Assembly (NCBI GenBank): GCA_020854115.1 | Contig: JADZGC010000011.1 | Span: 5,057-69,056, forward strand | Direction: 5' to 3' | DNA from: a bacterium | GTDB lineage: Bacteria; Patescibacteriota; Saccharimonadia; CAILAD01; GCA-016700035 | DNA: 64,000 bases | Shown here: positions 56,742 through 64,000 of the stretch, in pieces | How positions within the stretch are numbered: position 1 is the stretch's first letter | Layout: each line of letters begins with the position of its first letter | Notes under the pieces: generated by a model | What the model was told of the DNA's origin: nothing | Database searches by the model: none | Seen by the model: only the letters and a program-made list of their open reading frames with translations | Made by a program: the position numbers and the translations under genes

Positions 56742-56829
56742 AAAACACATCATACGATCCGGACGTACATTCGTCAAAGGTCTGAAGCGAGTGTGTGATC
56801 CACCTATCGTCTGGGTATATAATAAGAGT

Positions 56830-57711
56830 ATGAAGCGCTCTGCCTCAGCGATTAGTATCAAGAAGCTCAACAAGTCGTTTGGCAGTAAGCATGCTCTCAA
56901 AGACGTGAGCTTCGCAATTCCCGAAGGACAGATATCGGGTTTTTTGGGGCCGAATGGTGCTGGCAAGACCACAACTATCAGATGTCTGATGGATTTTATT
57001 CGTGGCGATAGCGGAGAGATCAAAGTTTTGGGGATGGACGCGCGCGAGGATAGTGTGGCGCTCAAAGCGAAGATCGGTTACGTCCCCTCTGATCATCAGC
57101 TCAACGAAAAATGGACAGGGGAACAGCATATCACATATATCTCCCAAGCTCGCGGTGTATCGGGTACTGCGCCAGAGATTGTGGAGAGAATGCATCTTGA
57201 TGTGGGATCAAAAGTAAAGAATCTCTCGAGTGGTAATAAGCAAAAACTTTCCATCATTCTTGCGCTTATCGGCAACCCATCATTACTCGTGCTAGATGAA
57301 CCTACGCAAGGGCTCGACCCGCTGTTTCAAAACGAAATTTATGAGATCTTGCGTGATTTTCAACAAACAGGTGGTACTGTCTTGATCTCGTCACATAATC
57401 TCAGTGAGGTACAGCGTCTGTGTAGCCGAGTTGTGATTATCCGCGATGGCCAAATTATTGCTGAAGAGCCACTCGATAGTTTGCGTGCGCTCAATACCCA
57501 TGAAATAACAGTCCGGTTTGCCAAGAAAGTATCCCCGAAAGTATTTGAGCGAGATGGTGTTGTTGTGACAGCTCACGCACCAACAGAAATATCCATGAAA
57601 GTGCGTGGCGGCCTGGATGCTGTTGTGAAGCAACTCGCAGCCTACTCTGTGGTCGACTTGCAAGTTACTCATGCGTCACTAGAAGAAGTCTTTATGGAGA
57701 TGTATCAATAA
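56830..57711 (+). CDS. ABC exporter ATP-binding protein
   Basis: GPNGAGKT, LSSGN, LDEPT, SSH. Confidence 0.94.
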   Translation: MKRSASAISIKKLNKSFGSKHALKDVSFAIPEGQISGFLGPNGAGKTTTIRCLMDFIRGDSGEIKVLGMDAREDSVALKAKIGYVPSDHQLNEKWTGEQHITYISQARGVSGTAPEIVERMHLDVGSKVKNLSSGNKQKLSIILALIGNPSLLVLDEPTQGLDPLFQNEIYEILRDFQQTGGTVLISSHNLSEVQRLCSRVVIIRDGQIIAEEPLDSLRALNTHEITVRFAKKVSPKVFERDGVVVTAHAPTEISMKVRGGLDAVVKQLAAYSVVDLQVTHASLEEVFMEMYQ

Positions 57712-58511
57712 TGTATTTGCTCGCACGCACATTGAAGAACCGACTTGTATCGAGTATTGTCTATATTCTTTCTGGAGTAGGTTTTCTGGAGTTGTATATC
57801 GCCCTCTATCCATCACTCTCCAAGGAGATTCAGGCATACGATCAACTGGCGAAGGCGTTTCCTGAGGCACTGATGAAGGCCTTTGGTATTGAGGAGCTGA
57901 TCTTCACGTCGTTTGAGGGATATGTCGCGACTGAGCACTTCAGTTTTATCTGGCCGCTGCTGATTATTTTTATGACTCTAGGATTTGCTGCATCTACATT
58001 GGCGGGCGAAATTGAGCGTAGGACATTGGGCCTTACTTTGTCGCAACCAATCTCTCGAACCAGCATATATTTCACTAAGTATCTGGCTGGCGTACTTATA
58101 ATACTAGCGTTTACGCTAGCCAGTATCTATTCTGTGGTGCCGCTAGCGGCACTGCATGGTGTATCAATTCAGGTCAGTCACTTCTGGAGTATGACCGTGC
58201 TTGGCTTCTGTTTTGGGCTCTGCATGTTGTCGCTTGGTTTTGCGATGAGCGCCATCTTTAGTGAGCGCTCGCATGTGTCGATGGCTGCAGGCGGCCTACT
58301 GGTCGGCATGTATGTTTTGCGTATCGTCGCTGGTCTCAAGGACAGCTGGAAAGATATTGAATACGCATCGATTTTTCATTATCTCAACACCTCGAAAGCA
58401 CTTCTGCGTGGTGAGTTGGTAGGTCAAGATATAGCTGTTCTCCTTGGTGCCTCAGTTCTCCTCACACTACTAGGATGGGTGATATTTGTCCAACGTGATG
58501 TAGCTGTGTAG
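57711..58511 (+). CDS. ABC-2 exporter permease
   Basis: six TMs, GEIERRTL...SQPISR, C-terminal RD. Confidence 0.88.
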   Translation: MYLLARTLKNRLVSSIVYILSGVGFLELYIALYPSLSKEIQAYDQLAKAFPEALMKAFGIEELIFTSFEGYVATEHFSFIWPLLIIFMTLGFAASTLAGEIERRTLGLTLSQPISRTSIYFTKYLAGVLIILAFTLASIYSVVPLAALHGVSIQVSHFWSMTVLGFCFGLCMLSLGFAMSAIFSERSHVSMAAGGLLVGMYVLRIVAGLKDSWKDIEYASIFHYLNTSKALLRGELVGQDIAVLLGASVLLTLLGWVIFVQRDVAV

Positions 58512-58672
58512 ATCGCTCAAGCTTGCTTAAGTACTAGCGAAAAGCGCACAATATATGTATTCCGATTCAGATTACGGAATGTACTGAACACTAAATGTAT
58601 TGCATTTAATATGAAGACCACGGGTGTGTGCACTTCAGCGCCGTGGTGCTATAAGAAAGAGGTGAAAACGCT

Positions 58673-60187
58673 ATGGATCCAATTACAATTGGCGCCGTAA
58701 TTGTCGCGCTAGCCGCCGGCGTGGGCGCAAAAACTGTCTATGATCAAACTCAAACTAAGGCAAAAAAAGGCGAGGCAAGCAAGATTATCGATGAGGCTAA
58801 GGCCAAGGCAAAAGAAGAAGTCTTGAAGGCAAAAGAAGACGCTGTGAAGGTTTTGGAAGACGCTAAAGCAGAAGAAAAGAAGATTCGTGAACGGCTTGAT
58901 GAAGCTGAGAAACGTGTTGCAAATCGAGAAACGTCGCTGGATGCAAAATTCTCAGAGCTCGAGCGTAAGAGCGACGCGCTCAAAGAAAACGAAAAAGAAA
59001 TCGAAGCGATTAAGGATGAGTTGCGTGCTATCCGGGCGAAGCAGGAGGAAAACCTCGAAAAAATTGCCAAGATGAAGAAGGCCGATGCGGCCGCTAAGAT
59101 CATGGAAATGACTGAGAAGGAAATTAAGCATGACCTCACGGAACTTATCGAGAAGCGTAAACGCGAAGCAAAAGAACTTGCTGATCATAATGCGACCGAG
59201 ATCATGGTCGAGGCGATGGAACGGATGGCGACCGAAGTTGCGACTGAGCGTGTCGTGACGACGGTGCCGTTGCCGAGCGATGACGTGAAGGGTCGCATTA
59301 TCGGGAAGGAAGGACGAAACATCCAGGCGCTTGAGCGAGCGACGGGTGTTGATATTCTTGTCGACGAAACACCAGGAGTCGTCGTAGTTTCTGGCTTTGA
59401 CCCAGTGCGTCGGCAGGTGGCTCGCGTAGCGCTTGAGAAGCTCATCAAAGATGGCCGGATCCATCCGGCTCGTATCGAAGAGGTTGCCAAGAAGGCTCAT
59501 GGTGAGATCGAAAACGAGATCAAAAAAGCCGGTGAAGAAGCTGGTCGCGAAGCTGGGGTAGTTGGCTTGCCGCCAGAGATCGTGCGCCTCATGGGTTCGA
59601 TGAAATTCCGTACAAGCTATTCGCAGAATGTGCTCAAGCACTCAGTCGAGATGGCTCACCTCGCGGCGATGATTGCCGAAGAAGTTGGAGCGGATGTACG
59701 TATTTCTCGTCGCGCTGCCTACCTGCACGACCTCGGTAAGGCTGTCACGCATGAGATGGAAGGTAAGCATCATCACTTGACGCGCGTACTTCTCGAGAAA
59801 TACGGGCTAGATGAGCCAACTATTCATGCTGCAGAAGCCCATCATGACGACATCGAAGCTACCACACCAGAGGCTGTCATCGTGCGCGCGGTGGATGCAC
59901 TCTCGGCAGGTCGTCCGGGCGCTCGCGGTGATAGTGTTGAAAACTTCGCTAAGCGCATGACTGATCTAGAAAACATCACCAAGACGTTTCCGGGACTTGA
60001 GAAGGTCTATGCTATGTCGGCCGGTCGCGAGATTCGCGTATTTGTGAAGCCTGCGGAGATCGATGATCTATCGGCGATTCGACTGGCGCGAGATATTGCC
60101 AATAAGATCGAAGCAACACTCAAATATCCAGGTACGATCAAGGTGAATGTGATTCGTGAGACTCGGGCTGAGGAATATGCCAAGTAG
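58673..60187 (+). CDS. rny: ribonuclease Y
   Basis: N-terminal TM, coiled coil, KH (KGRIIGKEGRNI), HD (HDLGK). Confidence 0.97.
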   Translation: MDPITIGAVIVALAAGVGAKTVYDQTQTKAKKGEASKIIDEAKAKAKEEVLKAKEDAVKVLEDAKAEEKKIRERLDEAEKRVANRETSLDAKFSELERKSDALKENEKEIEAIKDELRAIRAKQEENLEKIAKMKKADAAAKIMEMTEKEIKHDLTELIEKRKREAKELADHNATEIMVEAMERMATEVATERVVTTVPLPSDDVKGRIIGKEGRNIQALERATGVDILVDETPGVVVVSGFDPVRRQVARVALEKLIKDGRIHPARIEEVAKKAHGEIENEIKKAGEEAGREAGVVGLPPEIVRLMGSMKFRTSYSQNVLKHSVEMAHLAAMIAEEVGADVRISRRAAYLHDLGKAVTHEMEGKHHHLTRVLLEKYGLDEPTIHAAEAHHDDIEATTPEAVIVRAVDALSAGRPGARGDSVENFAKRMTDLENITKTFPGLEKVYAMSAGREIRVFVKPAEIDDLSAIRLARDIANKIEATLKYPGTIKVNVIRETRAEEYAK

Positions 60188-60295
60188 ATCACGTGAGTAA
60201 GTAGACTTGTGCAATACAGTTTGATGCATTACCATAAGCGAGATACTATTAGCACATAAGCTCTGATCAGAAAAAGATCCAGAAGGAAAGATACT

Positions 60296-60508
60296 ATGCC
60301 GCGGAAAACATCAAAACAAACGAAGGGCCCACGACCAATACGTTCGGGGAGGAATGCCGTAAAGCGCACTCCTAAAGCTGATGTTAGTATTACGAGACGC
60401 ACCATCAATGAACCAGTTTGGATCTGGGTTCTTATAGCAGCTCTGATTATGTTTATTGTCTGGTATATATGGGCATGGCTGACACCTAGCGCTCCGTATG
60501 TAGGTTAG
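60296..60508 (+). CDS. small membrane protein with basic N-terminus
   Basis: AAGGA SD; K/R-rich N-terminus then one TM. Confidence 0.6.
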   Translation: MPRKTSKQTKGPRPIRSGRNAVKRTPKADVSITRRTINEPVWIWVLIAALIMFIVWYIWAWLTPSAPYVG

Positions 60509-60582
60509 ACAGCGTTGAGCTCGAAACCCATCGTAGCTCAATACCTGGACTTACAGCTAAAAAAAGACTATAATTATCCCTT

Positions 60583-61377
60583 ATGAAAATCCTCCACATA
60601 GGTGATGTAGTGGCTCGGCACGGTCGACGTGTCGTCCAGAAATTACTCCCAGGCTTGATAGAAGAGTATGGGATTGATTTTGTGATCGCCCAGTCTGAGA
60701 ATATGGCGACTGGCAACGGCTTAACAGTCAAGGCTGTGCAAGAACTACAAAAAGCAGGTGTAGATTTCTTCACTGGGGGTAATCATAGCTTCAAGAAGCC
60801 AGCATTTGATGAGCAGTTTAATGACGCTAGCGTGCCTGTTGTTCGCCCGGGCAACTATGCACACGACAAGCCTGGTCGTGGTCATGCCGTGATCGACACG
60901 CCCTATGGAAAGGTGTTGATCGTGAATGTGATTGGCAATCTCTACAATGGTCTCGAGGTCGACAATCCATTGCAGTATGTCGACGAAGTACTCGCGAGAT
61001 ACGAGCACGAAACATTTGCCGCTCGCATTGTGGACTTCCATGCTGAGCTTACGAGCGAGAAGATCGCACTCGGCTATTATCTCGATGGGCGAGTGACGAC
61101 GGTGGTCTCGAGTCACACCCATGTACCGACCGCTGATGCTCGAGTGCTGCCTGGCGGGACTGCGACAATCTCTGATCTTGGTATGACTGGACCGGCGAAT
61201 GAAGTATTAGGTGTTAAGAAGGAAATCATCATCGAAGTAATGCGAACTGGCAAGATGCGACCTTTTGAACGGCCAGAAAAGGGACCGGGTGTCTTGCAGG
61301 GTCTCCTGGTGGATGCTGATCCGACTACAGGCAAAGCTCGTTCGGTAGAGCAGGTTTTAGAATCTATCGATATATAA
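60583..61377 (+). CDS. ymdB: YmdB-like metallophosphoesterase
   Basis: GDVV, TGGNH, DFHAE.TSEK, HTHVPT; synteny with rny. Confidence 0.92.
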   Translation: MKILHIGDVVARHGRRVVQKLLPGLIEEYGIDFVIAQSENMATGNGLTVKAVQELQKAGVDFFTGGNHSFKKPAFDEQFNDASVPVVRPGNYAHDKPGRGHAVIDTPYGKVLIVNVIGNLYNGLEVDNPLQYVDEVLARYEHETFAARIVDFHAELTSEKIALGYYLDGRVTTVVSSHTHVPTADARVLPGGTATISDLGMTGPANEVLGVKKEIIIEVMRTGKMRPFERPEKGPGVLQGLLVDADPTTGKARSVEQVLESIDI

Positions 61378-61420
61378 TCGCTAGCGTTTTACCGTAGGCT
61401 TGATACAATAAGTTTAAGCT

Positions 61421-62743
61421 ATGGAAGAGCTCGAAAAGTCGATCGAAAAAACCCTCGAACAGCCCGTCAAATGGTCGCGCATTCGTCGCTTCTTCAAGCG
61501 GCTTGGTCCAGGCTTGGTAACCGGAGCGGCTGACGATGATCCATCAGGGATCGGCACGTATTCTCAGACTGGTGCCCAGTTTGGCTATCACTTAGTCTGG
61601 ATGATGCCATTTATGCTGCCACTCATGACGGCTGTACAGGAGATGGCAGGGCGAATCGGACTTGTGACTGGCAAGGGGTTGGCGCAAGTCATCAAAGAAA
61701 ACTACAATCGGTGGTTCTTATATATCGCTGTGTTTTGTTTGGTATTTGCGAATGTCGTGAATATCGGTGTCAATATCGGCGCTATGGCGGCATCTGCAAG
61801 ACTCATTGTCGATCTGCCGTTCGTGTGGTTAACGCTGTTCTTTACGGTTGCGATAGTTATTCTCGAATTAGTCATCCCATATAAACGATATGCGAAGGTC
61901 CTGAAGTGGTTATGCCTATCGCTTTTTGCCTATGTTGTTACAGTTTTTCTCGTGGCCGTACCGTGGCCTGAGGTGTTTGGGCATGTGGTATGGCCACATT
62001 TTGAGCTAAATAAAGAATTTGTCATGGCAATGGTTGCGCTGCTCGGCACTACTATTTCGCCATATCTGTTCTTTTGGGAGCCAAGTCAAATAGTAGAGGA
62101 GGAGATCGAGCATCGGTGGACGGGTATTACAACTGATGAGGTGAAGTTATCACCGGGCAAAGTACGGCGCTTTCGGGTAGATAATTTCACAGGCATGTTT
62201 ATCTCGCAGATGATTGCATTCTTTATCTTAGTAACCGCCGCCGCGACACTGCATGCATCAGGGATTACGAGTATCGAGACTGCCGACCAAGCCGCTAAGG
62301 CTCTCGAGCCACTGGTTACTGCCTTCCCAAATTCGGGCCAGTTTGCATCATGGATCTTTGCAATCGGCATTATTGGCACCGGTCTCCTCGCCGTACCTGT
62401 ATTGGCGGGCTCAGCTGCGTATGCAGTCAGTGAGGCGGTGGGTGCCAAGGAAGGTCTATTTCGCAAGGTAAAGCGTGCGCCGGTTTTTTATGGTGTTATT
62501 GCACTCGCCACGCTGATGGGTCTGCTCATCAATTTTGTCGGTATCCCGCCAATTACGGCACTCTATCTCTCAGCGGTTATTAATGGTGTAATGGCGGTAC
62601 CGTTGATCTTCATTATTCTGAAGGTCGGCTCAAATAAGAAGATCATGAAAGATTACGTGAACGGTCCGTGGTCAAAAACTATCACGACGATTGCATTGGT
62701 TGTGATGCTCACTGCTGCTTTGTTGATGTTTGTGCTTAGGTAG
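61421..62743 (+). CDS. Nramp-family divalent metal transporter
   Basis: GPGLVTGAADDDPSG, GTTISPYLFFW. Confidence 0.9.
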   Translation: MEELEKSIEKTLEQPVKWSRIRRFFKRLGPGLVTGAADDDPSGIGTYSQTGAQFGYHLVWMMPFMLPLMTAVQEMAGRIGLVTGKGLAQVIKENYNRWFLYIAVFCLVFANVVNIGVNIGAMAASARLIVDLPFVWLTLFFTVAIVILELVIPYKRYAKVLKWLCLSLFAYVVTVFLVAVPWPEVFGHVVWPHFELNKEFVMAMVALLGTTISPYLFFWEPSQIVEEEIEHRWTGITTDEVKLSPGKVRRFRVDNFTGMFISQMIAFFILVTAAATLHASGITSIETADQAAKALEPLVTAFPNSGQFASWIFAIGIIGTGLLAVPVLAGSAAYAVSEAVGAKEGLFRKVKRAPVFYGVIALATLMGLLINFVGIPPITALYLSAVINGVMAVPLIFIILKVGSNKKIMKDYVNGPWSKTITTIALVVMLTAALLMFVLR

Positions 62744-62749
62744 AAGATT

Positions 62750-63478
62750 GTGACTTTCCCGCTATACTCTGCAGGTCCGATTTGCACCGGGTATGACTGT
62801 TTATTGTTTACTATTCCATTTTATATCGACCAATACGCTTGGCTTGTCGTTGGAGTTATTGCTTTATGTATTGCTTTTGGTCGCTTAGTCTTCACGAAGC
62901 GTGTTGATCGAATTGTTGGCATCTTTCTCGCCGCAGGTGTTTGTGTGCTACTAATTGGCTGGTATCGTTCGTATACTCACCGGCATCGATTTGACGCCCA
63001 GAGCCGATCTGCAATTACATTACTTGGATCAGACGCACTATGGCCTTCATCGTTACCAGATGGCTGGAGGCTAACACGACTTGTCAGTGAGGTATATGGC
63101 AAGGAGCCTCAGTCGGCGTATGTTTATGCAACATTTCAGGTCAAGGGGGACGATGCACCACATACGCTGCACGAATTTAATGAGAAACATACCAATAATG
63201 AGGGATACGCTTGCGGCTACGTTACGCCAGAAGATAGTTTGAGCCAGAACACAAATAGGGCGAGTCTGGATGTCGGGTGCAGCGAGTTATATACCCTACC
63301 CTCCAATAGAGTGGTGTACAAAAGACCGATATCAAATTCTCGTCGAGTAGAATATTTTATGCGCCAAGATGGTTTAGTTGTTGTGCTTGAATCGAAAGCC
63401 GACGAGAATCACATCAAGGCCTTCTTTGCCCGCCTCGAGAAGACACCTGCCGACAAGTTGCCATTTATAGCTGAGTAA
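62750..63478 (+). CDS. hypothetical membrane protein
   Basis: two TMs followed by an extracellular domain. Confidence 0.6.
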   Translation: MTFPLYSAGPICTGYDCLLFTIPFYIDQYAWLVVGVIALCIAFGRLVFTKRVDRIVGIFLAAGVCVLLIGWYRSYTHRHRFDAQSRSAITLLGSDALWPSSLPDGWRLTRLVSEVYGKEPQSAYVYATFQVKGDDAPHTLHEFNEKHTNNEGYACGYVTPEDSLSQNTNRASLDVGCSELYTLPSNRVVYKRPISNSRRVEYFMRQDGLVVVLESKADENHIKAFFARLEKTPADKLPFIAE

Positions 63479-63495
63479 GGCATGATAGGTCAGAT

Positions 63496-64000
63496 ATGAA
63501 TATGCGACCAAATTTTGCGCTTATTACCGGTGCGTCATCAGGTATCGGTCTAGAACTCGCTCACGTCTACGCATCCCGGGGGTACAATCTCGTAATTGTT
63601 GCTCGTGATCAGGATAAGCTGTACAAAGTTGCCAAGACACTGACTCGTGAATACGGCCAACAGGTTGAAGCAATCACGCTCGATCTGACGGCTCCAAAGG
63701 CAATCGATACATTGATGCGGCATTTGCACAAAGAAAAAATTCAAATTGATACATTGATTAATAACGCTGGCTTTGGACTCTTTGGTGCGGCGATTGATAC
63801 TGACTTCAAGGTTGAACGGGATATTGTCGAGCTCAACGTATTAGCTGTGACCGAGCTATGCAAACGCTTTGGGGCGCTCATGGCAGAGCGTGGTCAGGGT
63901 GGTATTATGAATGTCGCTTCTACGGCGAGCTTCTTCCCAGGGGTTAATATGAGCGTCTATTATGCGACCAAGGCTTATGTTTTGAGTTACTCTCTGGCCT
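63496..64000 (+). CDS. short-chain dehydrogenase/reductase (runs off the window end)
   Basis: TGASSGIG, NNAG, YYATK. Confidence 0.92.
   Translation, partial: MNMRPNFALITGASSGIGLELAHVYASRGYNLVIVARDQDKLYKVAKTLTREYGQQVEAITLDLTAPKAIDTLMRHLHKEKIQIDTLINNAGFGLFGAAIDTDFKVERDIVELNVLAVTELCKRFGALMAERGQGGIMNVASTASFFPGVNMSVYYATKAYVLSYSLA

Noticed and set aside
58512-58672. 6S RNA upstream of rny
   Set aside because: Only two short hairpins; no long closing stem with a central bubble.
1-64000. Alternative genetic code (TGA=Gly as in Gracilibacteria/Absconditabacteria)
   Set aside because: Conserved genes are full length under code 11 and TGA serves as stop in ATGA-coupled pairs (e.g. ruvA/ruvB, pilN/pilO).

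Overview
Chromosomal segment of a small-genome bacterium using genetic code 11. It is most likely Patescibacteria/CPR and Saccharibacteria-like, inferred from the short HrcA/TsaB/RuvC, tilS-ftsH without hpt, E5-less pilin-like proteins, a WhiB gene and many genes without a Shine-Dalgarno site. The backbone carries lexA, ABC-2 exporters, tilS-ftsH, murJ-lepA, a double-CIRCE hrcA-grpE-dnaK...dnaJ operon, a RimK locus, Pif1-like helicase, comEC, yebC-ruvC/ruvAB, a type IV pilus cluster, tsaE/tsaB, rny-ymdB and a Nramp transporter. It also has four tRNAs (Ile2-CAT, fMet-CAT, Met-CAT, Lys-TTT). The most unusual part lies between tRNA-fMet and tRNA-Met (9.6-13.6 kb): a GC-rich, actinobacterial-looking mosaic island of 5'-truncated genes. 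It contains the C-terminal half of a Rubisco-activase-type AAA+ ATPase translationally coupled to a HORMA-like protein, and a HEPN-like fragment, and is followed by a densely structured ~260-nt candidate ncRNA. Other notable points are a RimK + RimB-like protease + MATCAP/DUF1704 carboxypeptidase + GATase cluster, three consecutive small genes each needing a -1 frameshift, a recurrent intergenic GCTTATGCT motif, pervasive leaderless architecture and several small ORFs missed by the ORF track. All family assignments are from motif recognition by eye, not database searches.
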